A DNA stretch of 55,811 nucleotides from a virus. Taxonomy: Duplodnaviria; Caudoviricetes. Position 1 is the first letter of the stretch, and each line of letters begins with the position of its first letter. This document shows positions 40,301 through 50,523 of this stretch, piece after piece. Under the pieces are notes generated by a model. That model worked only from the letters and a program-made list of their open reading frames with translations, did not search any database and was not told where the DNA came from. The position numbers and the translations under genes are program-made. The DNA lies in the IMG/VR virus record IMGVR_UViG_3300045125_000065, positions 1 through 55,811 of that record, one strand, 5' to 3'.

Positions 40301-41420
40301 AGACGCGGTCAAAGGATTTGGAGTTGCGGCAGTAATTACCCCCGCCCCTCCTAACGCAACGGTTGTCCCATTAAATGTGACACTGGAATTTGTCAGAGAC
40401 GAATTTGGTATATTCGTCAGCGTGTTACTGCTTCCGCTAATAGTCTTGCTGGATAACGTTTCCGCGCCCGCCAAGGTTGCAAGCGTCCCCGTTGCTGGCA
40501 AAACAACACTGGTTGCCCCAGACAAATTAAGCGTTAGCGCGTTATTTGTGGAAAGGTTCCCGCCAAGCGTAATATTGAACGAGCCATTATTAACGCCCGT
40601 GCCGCCACTTGCCGGATTAAGAATTCCCCCAAGAACAACAGCCCCTGTTGCCGGGGCGAGACGGGGAGAGTCCTGTACCCCCGGCACTAAATGTTGTTAC
40701 GCCGCCCGACAACGAAAACTGCCGCCACGATCCAGCCGAAAATCCGTCAAACGTTTGCGTGTCGCTGTTAAATCTGAACTGTCCGTTTATACCGGACGGT
40801 TGCTGCGCAGAAGTGCCTGTTGGCACCACCATGCCAGCGGTGCCCGGGATTACCGGGTCTGATGCCAGCGAAACGGTTGGGTTGCCGTTGCCGTTGCCAT
40901 TTGCAACATTAACCTGACTGGCCGTGCCAATTATCTGGATGCCCTGAATGCTGGTGCCGCTAATAACCGACAGCAGTCCGGTGCCCCCGGCGTTTGCAAG
41001 CGACAGCACAAGCCCCGACAACGACAAGGTGGGATTCGCCGCAATTCCATCGCCGTTGGTAATGGCCAATCCGGCGCCCGTGACGGCAATCTGCCGCGAC
41101 GTAACGGCATTGGACGCCGTTTTTACGATGAGCCCATTAGAGGCGGCTTCAAGGCTTCCTGACGCGCCATTCAATGACAATTGCAGCGTTGATAACGCGC
41201 CGTTGTCAGTCAGCCCGAGCCCAACTGTCGTCGACAGTCTGCGACTGTTTGGCAACGTTGGCTCCTGATTCATTGTCAGGAAAGTCTGCTGTTGCGCTGG
41301 GCTTGCGGCGATTGCCCCGGTTGTAGTCTTTAGCGTTTGCCCATTCTGGACAATCGCCACCAATTCCGTTCCCGTGATCGGCAGCGCCGACGGAAGCTGG
41401 CTGATGGTTATATTTGGCAT
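37346..41420 (-). CDS. Long repeat-rich fibre protein (~1350 aa), frameshifted
   Basis: ORFs 40617-41420, 39671-40687, 38705-39556, 38464-38814 and 37346-38449. NITISQLP start and repeated GGTG fibre motifs. Confidence 0.75.
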
Positions 41421-41421
41421 A

Positions 41422-41766
41422 CTAAGGCTGTGTCTCTAGGCCGTCCAGGTTGCCATCATTTTGCACGACCTCAATATTTTGCTCAGGCGAAAGAACCCAT
41501 CCCCCATAAACCCCTGTTGAATCAATATTGTTCGGATCAATGGCAACACTGACATCAGGACGCGGGAAACGGATCACGATTTTTTCCGTTTTTCTCGCCG
41601 GCAATCGATATGGGTCAAGATCGTCTGCACATCCCTGCCCGCATACCTGAAGTCCGGGGAAATTGCGGTCAGCCCGCATTTCCGCGTGCGGGCGTTTCAT
41701 CTTGCAGCGGTCGCAGACTGCGATTGCAATATCTGAAAGCCCGAACGTATCAAGAAAGCGTGGCAT
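41422..41766 (-). CDS. Conserved Cys-containing morphogenesis protein
   Basis: IAVCDRC...GLQVC..C.D..DPY...RFPRPD. Confidence 0.75.
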   Translation of the reverse strand: MPRFLDTFGLSDIAIAVCDRCKMKRPHAEMRADRNFPGLQVCGQGCADDLDPYRLPARKTEKIVIRFPRPDVSVAIDPNNIDSTGVYGGWVLSPEQNIEVVQNDGNLDGLETQP

Positions 41767-41768
41767 GC

Positions 41769-42840
41769 CTACCTCGTATAAGGAGACAAATTCGGGGCCA
41801 GATAGATCGGCGACTTGTCGCGCTCTTCCTGCTCAACAAGTGTCAAATATTTATTGGCCTGATCTTCAAGATACTGGATACGATCCATCCCGACCTCGGG
41901 CAATTCCAAAGCCATTTGATGCGCCAGCAAAGACTGAATTGCCAAATACCAGCGCTGCGGGATTTCCAGTTCTCCCGAAAGATCCCCTACGTCCATAATC
42001 TGGCGTGAGTACCACACCACCATTTGTACGAATGTGTTGCTCGGAACCGGCCAAAGGTAAATTTTTGCCTGTGGGATGGTTCTGTCAAACCAATACTGGA
42101 ACGGCTGGTTTGCAGTAAAATTTTTTATTCGGCAAACTGGTGTAATCATCCCGATTCAGCCGGGCCATCGGGATTTCCGTACTGTTATTGCCGAAATACA
42201 GCTCTCGAACAACCAGAGTGTTGCCTCCGGTCTCTCGCATGCGGTAGTACTGCGCCGTCTGGCCCGGATCAATGTCATACCAAAGCCACTGATTATCAGC
42301 CCACGCGGTTATTCCGGGGTCGTAGAGCGTGTTCCACGAGGCGCCATCATCTGAACATTCAAAAATGGCGTGAAAAGTCCCAGACACGCCCGGCAAAACA
42401 CCAATTGACCCCACATAAACAGGATTGTAGAGACCGTAATTAACGGCAATGTATCCGTCTGGCGCAGACTGGGTGCATTTTGTGTTGATATTACCGTCAA
42501 ACGCATTGTCAGGAATCCCCGATGAGGCTGAATACCCGTTTGAAATATTAGGCGTTGGCCGACTCATGCGCCGATAAAGCGCGTTCAGCACATCATTTCC
42601 ACCTACCGGCAAATCATAGATATATTGATCAACCTTCAGGCCATAAATTTTTTTTCAATGGCCCAATACTGAATGCCAATGTTAATCAGGTTGGAAAGCA
42701 CGTAAAAAAGCGACTCGCGGGCCGACAAAACCTGCTCGCTGGTCAGCTCTTCAGCCAGCTTTGCCGGCGCGTCGCGCTCCGTGATCAATCAGCTTTTGTA
42801 CGCTGACTACCGTCGTGCCAGCCGTTCCTGAGTAAGCCAT
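41769..42840 (-). CDS. Neck/adaptor-like virion protein with discoidin (F5/8C)-like insert, frameshifted
   Basis: MAYSGT...; NAFDGNINT...SDDGASW...YYRMR; QYWFDR...YLWPVP...EIPQRWY. Confidence 0.7.
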
Positions 42841-42847
42841 AAGGCAA

Positions 42848-43392
42848 TCACCATCCCGAGCATTTCCAGCGTTTCATAGAAGCCCGCGCACGGCTGCCGG
42901 GCTCACTTTTTCTGCGATCGGGGCCATTCTTGCGCAGAAAGAATCCTTGCGCGGGCCGCCTTGCGGCTGCGGAGCCTTCAAATGTGAGCCCGTCTCGCGG
43001 TTATATTTTGCCCGGCCCTTGTCCGTAAGCCCTGCGCCTTGTTCAACGGGCAGCTTTTCTCCGCGCCCCACGCTCAAAGATACGCCGCCTTTAGCCATTT
43101 TCGCGGTTTTTGCCGATTCTTTAAAGGCTTTTGCAGTCGGAGCGCCAGGGCTGCCGGGTTTTCTCATTTTCTCGCCTGATCCATGAGCGATGCGCTCGCG
43201 CTTGGCGTGAATGTTGGCGTACAAACCACCCTCCGCAGCGTGCTCTGGAAGCTCCCCATAAGCCTTTTTGCCCACGTTGGACGACGTGTATTCCTTGGCC
43301 GCAGATGAAGCCATGCCGAGCCGTTTAGCCACTTTCGGGCTGTGCTCAATTGCCTTCATCAGCCGAAACTGGGCTTTTGATTTGGCGGGCAT
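42848..43392 (-). CDS. Basic modular protein
   Basis: MPAKSKAQFRLM / GLYANIHAKRERI / GAGLT.KGRAKYNR / SFCARM blocks. Confidence 0.75.
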
Positions 43393-43393
43393 C

Positions 43394-44473
43394 TTAGGCC
43401 ACCTGCAGGGCGGTAAGAATTACGGCAGGGGAAACCGGGTGAACGGGGCTGACTCCCGAAGGGAACGACGCAATCACGGTGTTCCCTGTGTTAGACGCCC
43501 ACGCCAGTTCAATGTATTGGCCTGCCGTGACTTGCTGGAACAAATTCAGCGCCAGAATGCGAGCGCCCGGAGATGTGCCGTGCTTGGAGTTAACCTGCTC
43601 AATGCTTGCCGATTGCGCGACATCTACGCCGTTAAGCCGCAGCCAAACGGTCACGTTATCTTCTGACGTGGTGAAGTTCAAAAGCTGCAAACTGAACTGG
43701 ATGTTGTAAAGCCCGGCGTTCGCAAACGTGACGCGGCTCGTTGATACGATGCTGATATTGTTGCTGTAAATTGTCGTGTCGTATCCGATAACGGACGATG
43801 CGCTGGAGGACGCTATGGCAGCGGCTTCACTAACAGCAACGCCAGCGTCATGCGCGACGTTAGTCGTGCCTTTAACGCCTCGGGTAATGCCGGTGAAAGA
43901 CGTCGCGGTCTTTCCGGTGTATTGGATGACTTCGTTTTCAATAATGATGTATCCAGCGCTGCCAAACTGCGTTGTATCGCCAACAACAATCGGCGTCGTC
44001 GAGTTGTTGGTGATTGCATCGGTCAGCGTCGTTTCACCGTTTTGCAGGAACGCGCCGTAGGCCAGGTTAATTGAAGCCGCCGACAGCGTTTGTTCTGATG
44101 CGCTAGTGATCTGCCCTTGCGCGTTGATCGCAAGCACGGGAATTTTGGTGGCCGACCCATAAGTGGTCGCCACCACGCCCGTATTGGCAATTGCAAAAGA
44201 CCGATTGGCCGTCAGATTGCCGCCGCCAGACAAACCCGTCCCGGCCGTTAGCGTAATTGCCGAATGCGCAGCGGCCAGATTCGTTCGAGCGCCTGCGGCC
44301 GTAATCGCCCCGGTACCGCCCTGCGTCACAAGAACAGGATTGACGTCTAAAACCTGTGAAACGTAGCTTGCCGTCGTGACTTGTTTGTTGACCCCGGACT
44401 GCACAATAGGCGTAATTTCAGTGCCGTCTAGCGTCGCCGCTGCGGGCATCGCGGAAATTTTTGTGTCAGCCAT
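43394..44473 (-). CDS. Virion surface protein with C1q/BclA-like C-terminus
   Basis: DTKISAMP start; AGLYNIQFSLQL...VWLRLNGVDV...GQYIEL. Confidence 0.75.
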   Translation of the reverse strand: MADTKISAMPAAATLDGTEITPIVQSGVNKQVTTASYVSQVLDVNPVLVTQGGTGAITAAGARTNLAAAHSAITLTAGTGLSGGGNLTANRSFAIANTGVVATTYGSATKIPVLAINAQGQITSASEQTLSAASINLAYGAFLQNGETTLTDAITNNSTTPIVVGDTTQFGSAGYIIIENEVIQYTGKTATSFTGITRGVKGTTNVAHDAGVAVSEAAAIASSSASSVIGYDTTIYSNNISIVSTSRVTFANAGLYNIQFSLQLLNFTTSEDNVTVWLRLNGVDVAQSASIEQVNSKHGTSPGARILALNLFQQVTAGQYIELAWASNTGNTVIASFPSGVSPVHPVSPAVILTALQVA

Positions 44474-45021
44474 CAGCAGGCCTCCAATTGAATTTTGCTC
44501 ACATCGTCTTGTTGCAAGACATATCCGCTATTTTCCATCAGGATGAAACAGGCTGTTGGCGGGACGGGCGGGACGAGGCACGAATATGTATCAATCACCC
44601 CATCTCCCCCGAGATCTGCGCCATAACCAGTATCAGCATCAGCTGTTACGCCCGAAGCACAACCGGGCGTCGTTTGCGCCTGATCGGAGACTCCTGACCA
44701 GCCGATGTAGGCCATTAAATGCCCGCCTGAAGCAATTTGAGTGTAACCGAGCCGCCGCCGGAATTAACCGTAATGCGGATGCCCGTCACCGGAAACGCGT
44801 AATTTCCCGTCAGCATTGGCCGCTTGCGCAGCCACCGAAGAATGCGGGAACCAGGTCGTAAAGCCGATCGCCGGATCATCAAACGTATGTTGAACGGTGT
44901 AATCCACCGTGCCAGAAACAATCACACCAAAACCCACATTAAACGGGCTGATGTTGGTGTTCATCACGATAGCCGAGCTAGAACCCGCGCCCGTTTTGGA
45001 AACGGTTTGAAGTTTCTATGT
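44473..45021 (-). CDS. Two small virion-region genes (44473-44715; ~44715-45021 frameshifted)
   Basis: ILMENSGYVLQ motif; VSGTVDYTVQHTFDD...FPVTGIR. Confidence 0.6.
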
Positions 45022-45061
45022 TGCCCTCATTCAAAAACGGGGCCGAAGCCCCCGCTTTGTT

Positions 45062-46040
45062 TTACTTCTTTACTTTGCCGCCAGCGCGTTTTTTGACCGG
45101 GGGCGTAACTGTTTTACTGACTTCCTTTTCGGTCGTCGTTACCCCGCCCAAATCCTTTACCTTTTGCGTAAGCCCGCTCAACCAGTTAATCGGGTTCATT
45201 GCTTCGCGCATCGCCCGGTTTTCCTCGGCTTCGCGCTTGTAATGCTCCTGATACCCCTTGGTTTCGCGGGCACTTTGGGCGTCACCGCCATCAGCCATGC
45301 AAACCTTACCGCCCTTCTTGAAGGTGCCAGAAAGGGCCGTAATGCTCACAGGCTTGGACGGCGTTTTTCTGCCTTGCGGCATCGCCACGGGACGACCGGT
45401 GTCAACAAGACCCCCGTGGCGTAGGCTTTTTTGCGGAGCCGCCTTTCTTGTAGCCGCCCGCGTTTGCCTTCGCCACACCACCGGTTGCGTAACCGCCGTC
45501 ATTGCCAAGCTTCACTTCGCCGGTCTTGGCAGGGCTTTTATCGGCCTTGCCAGTCACGACACGAGTTTCGCCCGCCACAGACTTGATTACGCCGCCTTGA
45601 GCATAGCAACGGCCGCCCTGCTTGTAGCCGCCTTGGCCCTTCGCCACCCCGCCCGTTGCCAAACCTTTATGGGCTTTGGAAGCGGGCTTGCCTTCATGAG
45701 ACTTCAGTTCGCCTTCAATTTTGGCAAACTTCTTCATTTCGGCCTTGTGCTCGGCTTTGGATTCGCCGCCTTCTTTCATCATGCGAGCCGCGGGGCCGAT
45801 TGGGGCCGCCGGACCGGGGGTAGCAGGCAGTGCCCGCATAGCACGACGACGCGCCATCAAAGACGGCTGGCCGGGCGCGGCAACGGGCATCATTCCGCCG
45901 CGGGCCGGAACCGCGACAGCAGGAAGGCCGCCGCCCGCCTGCATTTTCTTTTCCACCTTGCCGCCCTTTTTGAGCTTGAGCTCGACGGTCGGCTCGGTGG
46001 TGTACATCTTCACCATCGGCTTGAATTGCCCCATGATCAA
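45062..46040 (-). CDS. Lys/Gly-rich repeat protein (xKxGGKV repeats), frameshifted
   Basis: Repeated KKGGKV, ATGGV and KKGG units. Confidence 0.7.
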
Positions 46041-46728
46041 CGCTCCTTGGCGACGAAGATGTAATCAACCGTCATGGTCTTCGCCACAGCTTCGCCGTTT
46101 TGAAGCGCAAAAGAGACGGTCAGATTCGTGGTCGAAAGCGGAAGATTCGTAACCACCGAGGAACCCGCCAGCGAGCCGTTCGCAAAGTAGAACATTGATG
46201 CGCCGTCATAGTAGAAACCAAGACGGATGAAGGTGTCATCAGCTAACGTCGTTACTGCGGAATTGGTCGTGCTTGCGCTGGCTTTCGTCAGCACAAAATC
46301 AACCGTCGCAGCGCCGTCGTTCTTGATGAAGAACACGCCATTTGCCACAGCCAGCGGGGTGGTGTCGGTCACTTGCAGACCCATCACCAAATCAGATTGC
46401 GTTGCGTCGCTAACTTTGAAGCGCGATTCAAAAACAGTTTCTTGCCGGCAGTGAAGGTGAAGGAATTACCCTTCTTCTGCATCGCCACCAAGTCATTGTC
46501 CGCCGCCGTGTTGGTCAGCAGCAAAAGACCGCCATCGCCATCTGCCAATGCTTCAGTAGCGCCTGCATCCGTTTCTGTAACAGTCCAATCTCCGGCTACG
46601 TAGTAGTCGAAGTCTTCCATGTACGTATGAAACAGCGTCGGCGCCGGCATTGCCAGATCAGCAAACGGAGAATCTTCGCTCACGTTGGTCACCCCATTGG
46701 GGAACCGCGTCACGAGAAGATTTGCCAT
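46037..46728 (-). CDS. Virion structural protein after the major capsid gene, frameshifted
   Basis: TRFPNGVTNV...YMEDFDYY...KTMTVDYIFVAKER. Confidence 0.7.
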
Positions 46729-46784
46729 CTATTTCCTCCTTTATTTGAAGGGAGGGGACAATTTGTCTCCCCCTTCATCTGTCA

Positions 46785-47701
46785 TCAAACGCCGGGGGTG
46801 CCGTACATCGCGCGCGGATCGGTGAAGCCCACGTCATAACGCTCGGTGGCCTTGTAGCGCATGGTGTCGGTTTCGAAGTCGCCTTCCATGGTCTTTTCCA
46901 GACCGCGACGCATCATGAGCTTCATGCCTTCCGGCGCGTCGGTCTGCACCCACCACGCAGTAGCGGAGGTCAGACGGGAAATCACTGCAGCGCCTTCATC
47001 AAGCAGCCCAATCGACTTGATCGGGTTGATGTCGTTGTTGGCGTTGCCCGAGCGCAGCACGGACTTCAGCAGCACTTCGGCCTGGAACACGTTGCCGGGG
47101 GCCACAACCAGCTGGCGCGGCACCAGACGAATCTTCTTGCCGTTGTTGTCCACCGCCTGACGAATCTGGATGAGCATTTGTTCAAGCGAGGTTTGCGACA
47201 GGTTGGCGGGCGTGGTCAGCAGGTTTGCAGAACGTGCCATTGACGATCGGATGCGAGGCACTGTTCAGCTGCACGCCGTCGCCGCCCGGGTAGGAAGCGT
47301 TGAAAGCGCGGTTCAGCACGTTCGCGCACAGCGTTTCCTTGGTCTCAATCAGGGACTGAGCCAGATGGCGGGCATACACTTGGCCGATACGGATGTGGTC
47401 GCCGTCTTCGGTCAGCACTTTGGTCAGCGCGAAGGCAAGGCCATACACGCTGATACACATAGCGCTTCAGGAAGAGCACGCCGCCTTGCTGATAAGTGAC
47501 CGGAGTGCCGTCAGGCAGCTCGGGCGCAGCGCCGAAGCCGTACAGCACGGGCTCTTCATGGTAGTTACGCGGAATGCCGTCTTGCTCACGGAACACACGC
47601 GTCCACTCATCAGCACGCTGGTCATAAACACCATCGAAGCACTCATTCAGGATGGGTTCAACAATGGAACGAAAATCAGTACTACGCATCGGGGCTGCCA
47701 T
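46785..47701 (-). CDS. Major capsid protein (Mu gpT-like HK97 fold), frameshifted
   Basis: FRSIVEPILNECF...YGFGAAPE...KETLCANVLNRAF...PRQLVV...GDFETDTMRYKATERY..GFTDPR..YG. Confidence 0.88.
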
Positions 47702-47714
47702 GTATCAACCCTCC

Positions 47715-48287
47715 TTAGATGGCGTTAACAGTCGCATTAAATTGCGACTTGTTAATGGTTACGCGAACAACCGTGTACGCATCGCCCCACGCGTTGTCGG
47801 GGTACGGAGCCAGGTCACGAATCAACATCTGAGCGCTGTTGCCTGCGCCAGCCAAGGTGGTCGACAGGGTGCATTGGCTAAGGCCAGTGGTAGTCGAGCC
47901 CGCGGTGGTGTTGGACAAATCGGCTTGGTCGCCAATAGCGGTTTGAGCCAGCGAGCCAGCAGCCTGGATTTCATAAACGATGTTGGGATCGTTGTAGAAA
48001 TACGCCACACAGGAACCGGTTTGATAAGCGGTGTTGGCGGGCCAGTAGTTGGACACGCGGCGACGGCCGGTGGTGTCAGTCCATTCCACGCCAGCGAAAG
48101 CGCCTTGGAAGGCGTCGCCCGCGGCGGCCACGACCAGATTTCCGCTGCTATCAAGCTTAACGGGCTGGCCTTTCAGAATGTCGGTGTTGTAAGCAGAAGC
48201 AATACCGCCAGCAAGCGCCTGAGCGCGATCCAGACCAGAAGGATGGAACGCGGGGCGCAGGCCGAACGGAGCATTAACAGAACTCAT
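47715..48287 (-). CDS. Head decoration/cement-like protein
   Basis: NAPFGLRP...ILKGQPV...DPNIVYEIQ, directly upstream of the major capsid gene. Confidence 0.7.
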   Translation of the reverse strand: MSSVNAPFGLRPAFHPSGLDRAQALAGGIASAYNTDILKGQPVKLDSSGNLVVAAAGDAFQGAFAGVEWTDTTGRRRVSNYWPANTAYQTGSCVAYFYNDPNIVYEIQAAGSLAQTAIGDQADLSNTTAGSTTTGLSQCTLSTTLAGAGNSAQMLIRDLAPYPDNAWGDAYTVVRVTINKSQFNATVNAI

Positions 48288-48846
48288 GTCTAACTCCTTT
48301 GTTATCCCTATCAAAAGACGGGGTAGGAACATTTCGGTTTAAATCGCCGAAGCCATCGCCTTCAACTCGACCCAACGAATGCCCGGAGCTATCGCGCGCG
48401 CCTTGGAGGTTTTCAAGCTGAACCCGAATTTTGTCGGCTTCTTCCATCGGCGCCTCATGGTGCATTTGCAACATAATGTCCTGATAAATTTCCTCGGGAA
48501 TCTTGCACAGGATCATTTCATTGCACGCGATAACACCTTCAAACTGCCCAGCCTTGACCTTGTAATTTTCAAAGCCGGGGAACTCATCGGCCCTGACCGG
48601 CACATAACCTAGCCGGATACGCTTATCAATGCTGTCGTAGCTGTTGGTTGTCGAAAGCCAGCAAAGATGCCAACCCGCAAGCGAAGGCACTTTCGGCAGT
48701 GCGCTTTGTGTCCATTCATCGCTCCACATCTTTCGACGCTCTTGCGCTGAGATGAACTTTTCTTCAACTGGGGCACGGTTTAGGTCTTGTGAAGACCGGG
48801 AATCACGGCCGCCGGCATTGAGAGATTTTTTAAGACGAGAATCCAT
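48274..48846 (-). CDS. Conserved head-module protein
   Basis: LPKVP..GWHLCWLS...RIRLGYVPV...MILCKIP. Confidence 0.7.
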   Translation of the reverse strand: MDSRLKKSLNAGGRDSRSSQDLNRAPVEEKFISAQERRKMWSDEWTQSALPKVPSLAGWHLCWLSTTNSYDSIDKRIRLGYVPVRADEFPGFENYKVKAGQFEGVIACNEMILCKIPEEIYQDIMLQMHHEAPMEEADKIRVQLENLQGARDSSGHSLGRVEGDGFGDLNRNVPTPSFDRDNKGVRHEFC

Positions 48847-48849
48847 GTT

Positions 48850-49770
48850 TTAGCCCCTGTTCCTGCGGTCATAATCCGCATATGCCTTGATCATTCGGTT
48901 GCGTTCAGATGGGTTATCCCATTTGCCCGCCTCTTTATTGCCCGAACACGTTCGGGACTTAACCACAAAAGAATTGCCGCTTTGCCGGCCAACCGATGAA
49001 TCACGGCTGGAACCCGTTACAACTGATCGGGGTTTCTTGCGTGGTGCCTCATCTTGAAAGTCATTGTAGCGATGTGGTAAACGTTTTTGCAAGCGCCTGT
49101 CCAGTTCGTCCCAATACTCTTCCGTTGCCGGGTTCCACCCTTCGGATACCAACTTGGAATCAATTACTTTCGCGATTTGAGAATCCTCATCGGCGCCATT
49201 CGGGTCATACCAGTCGTTGTCCTCCATCCATTCGCCCGCAAACCTCTTTAACTGAGGATCAATCGGGCTTACTTCAGGGGTGCGAACGGTCTGCTCTTTA
49301 ACCCCGCGCATTGCTTCAACCTTGCGGCGGCTGTCGTACCACATCTCCTGCGCTTTCATAAACGCAGTGCCGTCGCTGTTGTCGGTTGCCTCGCGCATTT
49401 TCTGCTGGGCGTATTGCAGGCGCAGCTCTTCGTCCTCAATTGCTTTATCCAGCCGCGCCAAGTCGGACGAATGCGCCTTGCGCTCAATAACCGCCAGACG
49501 CTCCATCAATTCCTGATTCTGGCGTTGCAACAAGGTCAGGCGCTGATCCTTCTCCTCGTTGGTGCGCTTGATGTACTCTTTCTTGGCCCTGCGCCGCGCA
49601 CGCCGAGCCGCGCGGATATCCTCGCGATCATCATCATCCGCTTCAACCTCGCCGCCTTCGGTCGCTTGCACAGGCTGCGCTTCGCCCGCGGCGTCTTCGG
49701 CTTCCGGCAGATCAACCGTTGCGGAGCCGTCCTGCTGCTCAACCACATCCAGTTCTTTTTCTTCGCTCAT
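48850..49770 (-). CDS. Capsid scaffolding protein
   Basis: Acidic N-terminus, long coiled coil, WMEDNDWY...YWDELDRRL; lies between portal and capsid. Confidence 0.7.
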   Translation of the reverse strand: MSEEKELDVVEQQDGSATVDLPEAEDAAGEAQPVQATEGGEVEADDDDREDIRAARRARRRAKKEYIKRTNEEKDQRLTLLQRQNQELMERLAVIERKAHSSDLARLDKAIEDEELRLQYAQQKMREATDNSDGTAFMKAQEMWYDSRRKVEAMRGVKEQTVRTPEVSPIDPQLKRFAGEWMEDNDWYDPNGADEDSQIAKVIDSKLVSEGWNPATEEYWDELDRRLQKRLPHRYNDFQDEAPRKKPRSVVTGSSRDSSVGRQSGNSFVVKSRTCSGNKEAGKWDNPSERNRMIKAYADYDRRNRG

Positions 49771-50206
49771 ACGAACGCCCTCATCGCCAACGGATCGCCG
49801 GTAATTTTCGCAATCACCTCATGATCGTTCAGGATCATAAAAAGCGCGGGGTCGTCCTTGTCGTCGCCGCCAGGCACCTTCACTTCCCAACGATCCCCGC
49901 CCCATTTAGGCACGCGGATAAAATCCCCCGGCGCGCACCACGATCCTTCGGGCCATTCCAACATCGTGTCGCGATGCCGAAAGCCAACGGGCCAACCTCA
50001 ATTACCTTGGCCACCATGTTGTTCCACTTTTCCGCCTCGCGCGTTTCTTCCACGAGAATAATCCCCATCCTGGTTGCCTCTTTCTTGGTGCGCCGAAGCT
50101 GAACAAGAATGCGGCCGCCAAGAGGTTTAGCACCGGGGTCCACGCTCGGAAATGCCCAAGCCATCTCGGCTTCGTTAGAAGCCTCCGGTCGTTCAATAGT
50201 CATCAT
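49767..50206 (-). CDS. groES: GroES-like co-chaperonin, frameshifted
   Basis: KPLGGRILV...GIILVEET...AKVIEVGP...WCAPGDFI...KWGG...ILNDHEVIA. Confidence 0.8.
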
Positions 50207-50522
50207 CTTCCTTCATCAAATCATCAAGGATGCGCAACGCCTCAGCCAAGCCGGCGTGCATACCCACCATGCGGTGATAAGACTCCCAATTCGCCGCATT
50301 CCCTGCGGCAAGGGACACAGCTATCTCAAGCTGTCGAGTCTTAATCCCGCCGATTAAGTCACTAATTGAGGACACTTACTTTTTCTTCACCTGCGCAAGG
50401 CCGCCGGTTTGTTGCTGTTGGCCCTTTTCCTGCAAGCTCGTGCCATCAAGCTTTGCGCCCATCGCGATCCGCTTGTGATACGGCACTTCAACGCTCTTTT
50501 GTTGCTGATCATTTGCAGCCAT
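50193..50522 (-). CDS. Two small genes after the portal (50193-50375; 50376-50522)
   Basis: NWESYHRMVG...L.EAL; MAANDQQKSVEVPYHKRIAMG. Confidence 0.6.
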
Positions 50523-50523
50523 T

